This document shows positions 18,266 through 25,651 of a DNA stretch of 64,000 nt, one piece after another (positions within the stretch are counted from its first letter, which is position 1; every line of letters starts with the position of its first letter). Source of the stretch: an uncultured Muribaculum sp. (GTDB lineage: Bacteria; Bacteroidota; Bacteroidia; Bacteroidales; Muribaculaceae); NCBI GenBank assembly GCA_910589555.1, contig CAJUTE010000006.1, positions 32,406 through 96,405 on the forward strand, read 5' to 3'. Both the position numbers and the translations under genes were made by a program. A model generated the notes under the pieces. The model was given only the letters and a program-made list of their open reading frames with translations. It did not search any database and was not told where the DNA came from.

Positions 18266-19303
18266 TTAGCGGTTGATGAATTTCTTTCCGTTTTTGATTA
18301 CGATGCCCTTGTAGTTTTCATCTACCTGTACACCCTGAAGGTTGTACATAGGAGCGTTTTCATCTTCTGCGGGAGCAACAGTGACATCCTCAATACCGCT
18401 TGTTTCGTAGAAGTTGGGGAATACTTCGTTGTACCATCCGCGGATCTGGTCGGTAGTAGCAGCACCCTCGTAAACAACGATTGAATAGATTGAACCAACA
18501 AGCTGCTTGGTACCTGCATCCTTCACATTGTGACCGATTGAAAGATTTCCTACATAGTTAAGTTCAGCAGTGGGCAAGCCGGCTTTAGTCTGCTGAGAGT
18601 TCTTTCCATCATAAGGAACGCGGATATCTTTAAATGCGTTAAGACCGTCATCCCATGATGCATTCTTCATCTCCTGAGAGAGAGCGTACTTGTCAACAGA
18701 CTCATCATCGCTTACAACACCATCGATGTTCACGCACCAGTTAGCGGTTTCGGTATTGCTCTTTATGCCGACCATCATGTGCCAGTTACCATCGTTCACA
18801 TAGTGCTTGTTGCCCTCTTCAGTATCCTTAATAGAACAAGCAGCCTGACATTTTCCGGCATTACCGCTGGCAAAACGACCGAAGAAAGTCAAAGTTCCTG
18901 CCGGTGGGTTTCCGCCTTGGAGTTCGCACTGGAAGAACTTGTTTCCGTCAGTTTGTCCTACCTGAATAAAGCAACCTTCCTTAGCTGTTTCGGGAGTGGT
19001 TCCGTCAAATTTAAACCAGGTAACAACTGTCCATTCCTTAGTACCGAGCTGAGTGCCGGGAACTTTTGCACAGTCATCGAGGTTATACCAAGTGCTTCCA
19101 TCGAAATGGATAGCCTTTGAGCCTGCTACAGGACCGTCAACGATGGTGGGAGTACCTTGAGCAAGAGGAATTGCAACGCCAGAAACAGCATCCTTCATGT
19201 TCACGTCGTCCATCTTGAACTCCATAAGTTTAGTTCCGGTTACTTGTGCCATCATGCTTGCTGATGCAGCGACAGCGAGAGAAGCGAGTAAAAATTTCTT
19301 CAT
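18266..19303 (-). CDS. Secreted LamG/concanavalin-like (Laminin_G_3-type) protein with a T9SS C-terminal sorting domain
   Basis: Signal peptide. Laminin_G_3-like end block GNLSIGH..LVGSIYSIVVYEGAATTDQIRGWY. C-terminus APMYNLQGVQVDENYKGIVIKNGKKFINR resembles Por_Secre_tail CTDs. Confidence 0.7.
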   Translation of the reverse strand: MKKFLLASLAVAASASMMAQVTGTKLMEFKMDDVNMKDAVSGVAIPLAQGTPTIVDGPVAGSKAIHFDGSTWYNLDDCAKVPGTQLGTKEWTVVTWFKFDGTTPETAKEGCFIQVGQTDGNKFFQCELQGGNPPAGTLTFFGRFASGNAGKCQAACSIKDTEEGNKHYVNDGNWHMMVGIKSNTETANWCVNIDGVVSDDESVDKYALSQEMKNASWDDGLNAFKDIRVPYDGKNSQQTKAGLPTAELNYVGNLSIGHNVKDAGTKQLVGSIYSIVVYEGAATTDQIRGWYNEVFPNFYETSGIEDVTVAPAEDENAPMYNLQGVQVDENYKGIVIKNGKKFINR

Positions 19304-19385
19304 TTTAGGTTATTTAAAGGTTAAAAGATTGTCAAGTAAAACGTGCAGCCGACACTGACGACACACAGTCATGGTATCAGCGGGA

Positions 19386-19418
19386 CAAATGTACGAAAAA
19401 AACTACCCTCCCCCAATT
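19386..19418 (-). promoter_or_regulatory. Bacteroidetes-type promoter for the LamG-SusC-SusD unit
   Basis: On the minus strand, TACATTTG (TAnnTTTG, plus coordinates 19386-19393) with aTTG 20 nt upstream. About 83 nt before the ATG at 19303. Confidence 0.45.
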
Positions 19419-19439
19419 TATTAACCAACCTTAACACCA

Positions 19440-19520
19440 TTTAACCAAATGAATTCCACAACCCTTAACGACCCTTAAAGTCCATTAAAGTCACTAAAAT
19501 CGTTAAAGACTTTAAAAGCT
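19440..19520. repeat. Degenerate 9-10-nt periodic TTAAAG(T/A)C repeats upstream of the four-helix-bundle gene
   Basis: The sequence ccttaacgac ccttaaagtc cattaaagtc actaaaatcg ttaaagac tttaaaag. It shares cgttaaagactttaa with 20153-20167. Confidence 0.7.
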
Positions 19521-19586
19521 ATTGTATTTTTTGATAATACACCGTTATTTACTATCTTTGAGAATATTAACCAATCAAGCAATCCT

Positions 19587-20132
19587 ATGGAGCATCTTAT
19601 CCCGAGGCGAGGGAATTATAAGAACCTTATAAGCTATCAAAAAGCTGACGCCATTTATCAGATCACATATTATTTTTGTTGCCGTTATCTAATAAAGGGT
19701 GATCGCACAATAGATCAGATGATTCAAGCAGCAAGGAGTGGCAAGCAAAACATTATAGAAGGTTGCGCAGCCTCGACTACATCTTCAAAAACGGAGATAA
19801 AGCTGGTCAATGTGGCTAAAGCAAGCCTGAAAGAACTATTGGAAGACTATGAGGATTTTTTGAAGACACGAGGTTTCCGGCAGTGGGAGCGTGGGAGCCG
19901 TGAACATGACGCTATGCGCAGACTTGGAAAGGAACATAATGATGCAGAATTTTTCATGAAATTAATACAAGTGCGCCCACCCGAGACAATAGCCAATATG
20001 GCGATCATCCTTTTAAATCAAGCCGATTATTTGCTTTTCAAACAATTGGAACGGCTTGAGGATGATTTTATGCGCGAGGGCGGCTTTTCAGAGCGGATGA
20101 CGCGTATGCGGAAACAGCAGCGAGGGTTTTAA
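19587..20132 (+). CDS. Four-helix-bundle protein (23S rRNA IVS protein / Avd-like family) with a C-terminal suffix domain
   Basis: YQKADAIYQITYYF..DQMIQAARSGKQNIIEGCA..KLVNVAKASLKELLEDYEDFL fits the TIGR02436-type pattern (..QlrRAa.Si..NIaEG..). Antisense to the surrounding minus-strand genes. Confidence 0.7.
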   Translation: MEHLIPRRGNYKNLISYQKADAIYQITYYFCCRYLIKGDRTIDQMIQAARSGKQNIIEGCAASTTSSKTEIKLVNVAKASLKELLEDYEDFLKTRGFRQWERGSREHDAMRRLGKEHNDAEFFMKLIQVRPPETIANMAIILLNQADYLLFKQLERLEDDFMREGGFSERMTRMRKQQRGF

Positions 20133-20137
20133 CGACT

Positions 20138-20201
20138 TTCAGGTCATTCAGGTCGTTAAAGACTTTAAGGACCTGAATGACCTGAATGACCTGAATGACC
20201 T
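20138..20201. repeat. 17-bp perfect inverted repeat built from 9-nt tandem units (GACCTGAAT x3.5); likely a bidirectional terminator
   Basis: ttcaggtcattcaggtc (20138-20154) is the exact reverse complement of gacctgaatgacctgaa (20170-20186). The loop is gttaaagactttaag. Tandem copies continue to 20201 and abut the stop of the 590-aa gene. Confidence 0.85.
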
Positions 20202-20209
20202 TAGTGACT

Positions 20210-21982
20210 TTACTGCGCTATGGCGCGGAGGTGGTCGGCGAGTTCGCCGATGCTGCCTTCGCGCTTGTTGCGGTAAGCCATGTCGGTGTAGAGTGTGGCA
20301 CACCACCAGCTTGACTCTTTCAGCTGCGCCCACTCATGCCATAGAGCATCGTATGACGCCAAAATTTCTTGCAATTTCTCGCGGTCGAGCGGCTTGCCTC
20401 GCTCAATCTCGGCATTGATGAGCATCATCTGCCACATACGCTCGATCAGGTGATATTTGATTCTGCCGTAGCTGCACGACACCTGCACAGCTTCAAGCAG
20501 GTCGGCATCCTTGCAGTCGAGTTGGCGTGACAATGCCTCAATCTGCGACCATATTGCCGATGCCTCAGCCTTCTCGGCGAGAACCTTGGACTGAAGCCCG
20601 CGATCAAGAATCTCTTTTATGACCTTGGCGTTGGCTGCGGCGCTGAAAAATTCATCGCGCGCCCACCACACATTGTTGAAGGTGTAGCTGTTGCACTGCC
20701 CTTTGCGCACACCCTCTTCGGTGAGGAGGGCGATGTTGCGGAATATGTCGGCATTCATGCCTGTGAACCCGATGGAGTCGGCAAATTGCATGAACGCTTC
20801 CTCCTCGGTGAGATCGGTGTTGCGCGCCCACCGCGCCATGACCGATGTGTTGAGATCGGTCCATATTTCGTGAGTGATGTAGGGACCTTGCCATCCTCCG
20901 CCATGCGACCATGTGACGACACCGGCAAACAGATTGCGGTCGAGAATGTCGCGGAGACCGCGCGGAGCATCCTTGGGTGTGAGATTGCCGGTGAAACGAT
21001 GCTTGCCGAACTCTATCTCATACTTCGTTTCGGGGAATCCTTCGATCACACCCTTTGCAGTGTAATATGGATGCGCCCCCTTGCCATATCCCTCCATTCT
21101 GGACTGGCATTCCACAATCTGCCGATGCTTTCCAAGCCCCAACGCGGGATTGAACGGCGACATACGCTGAAAGTCGTCCTGCGGATACTTGATGGAGAAA
21201 ATCAGGTTGGGGTGAGGCTCGACTCGGTCAGTGACACGCTTGTAGTAGTCAGGATTGTTATGGAAATTGTAGCCGAAATCCCAAGTGCGGTAGAAGAGCT
21301 TTTTGTCGCGCTTCACACACACTTCATCGCGCAAGATGTTGAGCAGAAGCACGTGATCGTCAATTCCGGCGTCGCCCTTGGTGATGGGGCTTCCACCCAT
21401 GTGGAAAGGCGTGTCGTGGAGATAGGTTTCGCCGAAACGCAGCGTCAACCCGTCAAGCGAGGGAAATGTGGTGAAAATGGCATCGATCTGCGCCCGCAGC
21501 AGCTCCTGGGTCAACTTGCTGTTAAGATTAGGCTTGCGGGCGCGGGCATCGGAACCGCCGGTGCCTTCCACCTTCCCTACTCCTTCGATCTCCTTGCCAT
21601 ATTTGTCCCATACGCTTTTTGGGAACACCACGAAGTCAGTGAAGGGATATACGGCTATTCCGGCGGCATGGCATTCGTCAAGCTTCCGAGATATCTCACG
21701 CGCTTTCTCCGCTATCCATTCCCGCTCCTGAGCGCTCTGTGGAATGCGCCGCTTGAATGAATCATAATTAACGGCACAGTTGATGTGCCAATGCGGCACG
21801 GTGCCGGTAAAGCCCTGCGACTTCAAGAATTCAGGGTCATTATACTTGGTGTCGAAAGGCTTCTCACCGGGATTGTTATGTACCATATCGAGCACGAAGG
21901 GTGCCGGATCGGCAGCTGCGAGGCTGAAAACATCGCCACATAAGGCAAACATAGCTGCCGCCAAGAATTTCCAATTTTGCAT
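20210..21982 (-). CDS. Secreted 590-aa protein of unknown family, possibly a glycoside hydrolase-like enzyme of the PUL
   Basis: Signal peptide. Long, well-behaved ORF on the same strand as the LamG/SusC/SusD genes. I do not recognise a family. Confidence 0.5.
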   Translation of the reverse strand: MQNWKFLAAAMFALCGDVFSLAAADPAPFVLDMVHNNPGEKPFDTKYNDPEFLKSQGFTGTVPHWHINCAVNYDSFKRRIPQSAQEREWIAEKAREISRKLDECHAAGIAVYPFTDFVVFPKSVWDKYGKEIEGVGKVEGTGGSDARARKPNLNSKLTQELLRAQIDAIFTTFPSLDGLTLRFGETYLHDTPFHMGGSPITKGDAGIDDHVLLLNILRDEVCVKRDKKLFYRTWDFGYNFHNNPDYYKRVTDRVEPHPNLIFSIKYPQDDFQRMSPFNPALGLGKHRQIVECQSRMEGYGKGAHPYYTAKGVIEGFPETKYEIEFGKHRFTGNLTPKDAPRGLRDILDRNLFAGVVTWSHGGGWQGPYITHEIWTDLNTSVMARWARNTDLTEEEAFMQFADSIGFTGMNADIFRNIALLTEEGVRKGQCNSYTFNNVWWARDEFFSAAANAKVIKEILDRGLQSKVLAEKAEASAIWSQIEALSRQLDCKDADLLEAVQVSCSYGRIKYHLIERMWQMMLINAEIERGKPLDREKLQEILASYDALWHEWAQLKESSWWCATLYTDMAYRNKREGSIGELADHLRAIAQ

Positions 21983-22102
21983 AAACGTGAATATAAAGTT
22001 GATTTACCGTTTCAAATTTACGAATTATTTCTTACCCAACCATTATGATGGCACAATTGTTATAACATCAGGAACTATTAAAACACTTCACCACACACTC
22101 TT

Positions 22103-22348
22103 ATGAAAAGAAAATACACGATATGGCTTTTAGTGCTATGTATCTTCGCCGGAAGCTCCGCTCTCTCCTCTTGCGGTTCAATGAGAAGCTACTGGGGAAT
22201 TGAGGGAAACTACGATTTCGATGAGGGCTATCATTACGGTAAACACAAACCCCCAAAGCACAAGAAATACAAAAAGCCGAAACCTCCAAAACATAAAAAA
22301 CATCATCACCATCACGATGATGATGATGACGACGATGATGACGATTGA
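22103..22348 (+). CDS. 81-aa lipoprotein with a Lys/Pro/His-rich segment and an H5-D10 C-terminus
   Basis: Signal peptide plus lipobox ALSSCGS. Tail KHKPPKHKKYKKPKPPKHKKHHHHHDDDDDDDDDD. Terminator hairpin downstream. Confidence 0.6.
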   Translation: MKRKYTIWLLVLCIFAGSSALSSCGSMRSYWGIEGNYDFDEGYHYGKHKPPKHKKYKKPKPPKHKKHHHHHDDDDDDDDDD

Positions 22349-22388
22349 ACAGCCTCGTCCTTTTCGAGACTGTTATGATATATAAAAG

Positions 22389-22412
22389 AGGCTGCACCAA
22401 ATGATGCAGCCT
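22389..22412. terminator. Bidirectional hairpin between convergent genes
   Basis: 8-bp stem aggctgca/tgcagcct with an 8-nt loop and A/T-rich flanks. Confidence 0.6.
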
Positions 22413-22436
22413 TAATATTTTCAAGCGCCCGGAGAG

Positions 22437-23339
22437 CTACTCATCAGGATTGTTGTGCTGGACAGTCCAACCCATGTCTATATAACGGCTGAATGTAGCC
22501 TTGCCGGTCATGAGCTTTCCTGACTCAGGAGCCTTGAACACATGGCCAAACGGAGTCTTATCGACGAACCGATAGATATAGGCGCAACTGCCTACACCGT
22601 TTTCCTTCATGTTTTCAGGGCAGAACACCTCTTTGACTTTCACAAGCTCAAACTTTCCTAAAAGCATATCGTGGGTCTTGGTGTCAACCTTGGCGAGCAT
22701 CGCCTCATATTCATTTGCCGGCACAGCTGCATCCTTCTTATCCACCGATGTAGCAACCGGCGCATCGCTTTGCGTGACCGTGTCGGCGCTCGCGATCACC
22801 TCCTCTTCGGCAGCCGCGGTCTCAACGACCATCTCTTCCACATCGGATTCGATGGCAAGGTCATTGTCAGACAACACGTAGTCAGGCACAGGATCGCCGG
22901 CAACGCCTTCGCGCAACTTCAAGTCCTTCTCCTGATCCTCGCGCCGGGTCACCACGTGGTTCACCACATAGCGGGTGGCGGCATCAGTAAGCGACACTGT
23001 GGCAAACGTGTGCTCCACATCCTGTGATGCCGTCGTGTAGCCCGACCAATAGCTGTAGTTGCTCACCTTTTTCTTTTCAACCACCGATGTCAGCTTAAGC
23101 TCGACCATGCCGGCTTTCTGCAATTGCTGCAGCTGTCTTAACTGAGCGGGGTTCACCTCATAGAAACCGGTAGTGAAGCTTTTCACGCAAGAACTATCGG
23201 CAAACATCGCCTCCTTCAGAAGCGCGTTCTTTGCCAGACGAGGATTTAAAGTGTCGCTGTCACACGAGGTGAACGCGGATGTTATCATCAATGCTCCCGC
23301 CATAATGGCAATGCGGGAAAAGCCTTTCTTCGGTCTCAT
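22437..23339 (-). CDS. Hypothetical lipoprotein with an acidic central linker
   Basis: Lipobox SAFTSCDSD. Central low-complexity region EEMVVETAAAEEEVIASADT. No recognisable domain. Confidence 0.6.
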   Translation of the reverse strand: MRPKKGFSRIAIMAGALMITSAFTSCDSDTLNPRLAKNALLKEAMFADSSCVKSFTTGFYEVNPAQLRQLQQLQKAGMVELKLTSVVEKKKVSNYSYWSGYTTASQDVEHTFATVSLTDAATRYVVNHVVTRREDQEKDLKLREGVAGDPVPDYVLSDNDLAIESDVEEMVVETAAAEEEVIASADTVTQSDAPVATSVDKKDAAVPANEYEAMLAKVDTKTHDMLLGKFELVKVKEVFCPENMKENGVGSCAYIYRFVDKTPFGHVFKAPESGKLMTGKATFSRYIDMGWTVQHNNPDE

Positions 23340-23363
23340 GATTGTATGTCGTTTTTTTGATTG

Positions 23364-23714
23364 TTAGTTCATACCCAGTTTCAGCTTCATGCGCTCCCAC
23401 AGAGTAGGTCCCTCAAGCTGCAGGTGCACGTTGACACCATGATCATGCTTGTTGAGAAATATTATGCTGCTGTGGAGCACAATCGCCACAACATCTTCAA
23501 AATGAGTAAGCCCATGAATATTGGCAAGCGGAAATTTGTGAAACGGTGATCGCGAGTCGATGCTTTTTATCACAAGAGATCCGTTTTCGTCAATAGTGAT
23601 GTTGTGATGATCGGAGGCATATTCAAAAAGCAGCCCGATATCGAGATTTTCAATTCCGTGGGGTGGCTTACGGTATCGAGCATAAAGTTCATCTATAACC
23701 TTTTTTGTAATCAT
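23364..23714 (-). CDS. Hypothetical 116-aa cytoplasmic protein
   Basis: ORF lying 24 nt upstream of the lipoprotein gene on the same strand. No recognisable motif. Confidence 0.45.
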   Translation of the reverse strand: MITKKVIDELYARYRKPPHGIENLDIGLLFEYASDHHNITIDENGSLVIKSIDSRSPFHKFPLANIHGLTHFEDVVAIVLHSSIIFLNKHDHGVNVHLQLEGPTLWERMKLKLGMN

Positions 23715-23900
23715 AATTTTCTCTGATTTTGCCTGCGTGCGATGAATTAAGGGTCACCGTTGATTAATAAACATCAATGGATGCAAAAATGTTTGAAGAC
23801 TACTGAATTTATATGTGACCGCCAACACTACGCTCAACAAGGCTTCACTGATATAAAGCTCAAACGCACCTACATTCACTAACCGGCGCAAATATACACT

Positions 23901-23950
23901 AAAGAAAAAGAAGGTGTATCAGAGCCCTTATCCGGGACAGATGATACACC
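23901..23950 (-). terminator. Intrinsic terminator after mmdB
   Basis: 9-bp stem ggtgtatca/tgatacacc (23913-23950). aaagaaaaagaa at 23901-23912 gives a T-rich run on the minus strand. Confidence 0.7.
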
Positions 23951-23961
23951 CTCTTTGATAA

Positions 23962-25119
23962 TTAAGCAAGGAATCCAAGCAGAACACCGGCGGCGACAGC
24001 CGAACCGATCACACCGGCAACATTCGGACCCATGGCGTGCATGAGCAGATAGTTGCTGGGGTCATACTCAAGTCCGAGATTATTGGAAATACGCGCCGAC
24101 ATAGGCACAGCCGACACACCGGCATTTCCGATAAGCGGATTGAGCTTCTTGGACTTGGGAAGCACGAGGTTGAACAGCTTCACGAAAATCACACCTGACG
24201 CAGAAGCGATGATGAACGCCATGAATCCAAGCGCGAAGATGAAGATGGTGTTGAGCGTCAAGAACTCGGTAGCCTGAGTGGACGCGCCCACTGTCATACC
24301 CAACAGAATGGTGACAATATCGGTGAGAGCGTTGCTTGCGGTCTTGGCAAGGCGGTTGGTGACACCGCACTCACGAAGCAGGTTGCCGAAGAAGAGCATA
24401 CCCAACAATGGAATGCCTGAGGGCACCACGAAGCAAGTGAGCAGAAGTCCCACGATGGGGAAAATGATCTTCTCATTCTGCGACACGGCACGCGCCGGCT
24501 TCATCTTGATGAGACGCTCATTCTTGGTGGTGAGCAGTCGCATGATAGGCGGCTGGATGAGCGGCACAAGCGCCATATAGGAGTAAGCCGACACGGCAAT
24601 CGCACCCATGAGATTGGGGGCAAGCTTTGACGACAGGAAGATCGCAGTAGGACCGTCGGCTCCACCGATAATGGCGATAGCACCTGCCTGGTCGGGCGAG
24701 AAGCCAAGCGCAAGCGCCACCATATAGGCTCCGAATATACCGAACTGCGCGGCAGCGCCCACCAACATCAACTTAGGATTGGCGATCAGCGCCGAGAAGT
24801 CGGTCATGGCGCCAATGCCCAGGAAGATGAGCGGCGGATACCATCCGGCACTTACTCCGTTGTAAAGTATATTCAGCACTGAGCCCTCCTCATAAATGCC
24901 GATTTCAAGACCGGCGGTAGCGTTGAAGGGGATGTTTCCGATCAATATACCAAAGCCTATCGGCACGAGGAGCATCGGCTCAAAATTCTTTTTAATGGCG
25001 AGCCACAGGAAGAAAAGTCCCACAAGCAGCATAACCAGATGCTGCCAAGTAGCATTGGCAAATCCGGTCAGCTCCCAGAACTGCTGGAAATTGGACGCCA
25101 TAAAACTTTCGGTATTCAT
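23962..25119 (-). CDS. mmdB: Na+-translocating decarboxylase beta subunit (OadB/MmdB family)
   Basis: Polytopic membrane protein with OadB-like blocks (AIIGGADGPT, NLLRECGV). Last gene of the mmd operon. Confidence 0.88.
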   Translation of the reverse strand: MNTESFMASNFQQFWELTGFANATWQHLVMLLVGLFFLWLAIKKNFEPMLLVPIGFGILIGNIPFNATAGLEIGIYEEGSVLNILYNGVSAGWYPPLIFLGIGAMTDFSALIANPKLMLVGAAAQFGIFGAYMVALALGFSPDQAGAIAIIGGADGPTAIFLSSKLAPNLMGAIAVSAYSYMALVPLIQPPIMRLLTTKNERLIKMKPARAVSQNEKIIFPIVGLLLTCFVVPSGIPLLGMLFFGNLLRECGVTNRLAKTASNALTDIVTILLGMTVGASTQATEFLTLNTIFIFALGFMAFIIASASGVIFVKLFNLVLPKSKKLNPLIGNAGVSAVPMSARISNNLGLEYDPSNYLLMHAMGPNVAGVIGSAVAAGVLLGFLA

Positions 25120-25172
25120 AAACTTGATTATGTTTTTAGGTTGTTTCTATTAGCCAATAATCGCGTTATGAA

Positions 25173-25604
25173 TTATTCGAAAGTCACCAATACCGTACCT
25201 TCAAGGACAGAATCGCCGGCAGCCACATTGATAGCGGCGATCTTTCCGTCGCGTCCTGCGTGGATGGCGTTTTCCATCTTCATCGCCTCAAGCACTACCA
25301 CAGTGTCGGCGGCAGCGACAGTATCGCCCACCTTGCAGTTGACAGAGATGATTGTGCCGGGCAGCGGAGCTGTAACCTTGTAGGCAGATGACTGCGCGGG
25401 AGCCTTGGCAACGACCTTTTCACCGGTAGCGGTGCGCGGAGCAGCTGATGGACGGGGTGCTGTCACCACGCTCACAGGCTTGCTCTTTTCAAGCTCCACC
25501 TTGTAGGGAGTACCGTTGACAAGAACATCGGCTATATTGTCAACGATGTCGCCGATAGCCACATTGTAAGTGTTACCGTTGATTTTGTATTTATATTCTT
25601 TCAT
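25173..25604 (-). CDS. Biotin carboxyl carrier protein of the decarboxylase (MmdC-like)
   Basis: Biotinylation motif VLEAMKMEN and an Ala/Pro-rich linker. Confidence 0.88.
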   Translation of the reverse strand: MKEYKYKINGNTYNVAIGDIVDNIADVLVNGTPYKVELEKSKPVSVVTAPRPSAAPRTATGEKVVAKAPAQSSAYKVTAPLPGTIISVNCKVGDTVAAADTVVVLEAMKMENAIHAGRDGKIAAINVAAGDSVLEGTVLVTFE

Positions 25605-25651
25605 TTTTGTTGTAGTTGTTTTTACTTTTGTTGACTGGTCAATGTTGATTG

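Noticed and set aside
19587-20132. Diversity-generating retroelement, because of the Avd-like four-helix-bundle protein
   Set aside because: No reverse transcriptase ORF is present in the window, and I found no TR/VR repeat pair. The LamG protein lacks an obvious C-type-lectin variable C-terminus. A solitary bundle protein is insufficient evidence.
20138-20201. Possible CRISPR array (short tandem repeats)
   Set aside because: The units are 9 nt with no spacers, and the whole forms one 17-bp hairpin. No cas genes are present, so this is not a CRISPR.
20148-20333. 61-aa ORF ending ..KSLRSFRSFRSFRSLKSLTT
   Set aside because: The repetitive tail is simply the translation of the GACCTGAAT tandem/inverted repeat. 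The rest overlaps the 3' end of the 590-aa gene in another frame.
20786-21760. 324-aa plus-strand ORF inside the 590-aa secreted protein gene
   Set aside because: It is an antisense shadow ORF. The minus-strand reading has a signal peptide, a full-length open frame and a natural-looking composition.
22101-22424. 107-aa minus-strand ORF antisense to the His/Asp-tailed lipoprotein gene
   Set aside because: It has no start context or targeting signal, and it overlaps the terminator hairpin. Its RHHRRHHHHRDGDD segment is the mirror of the low-complexity plus-strand coding sequence. The plus-strand ORF has a proper lipoprotein signal.
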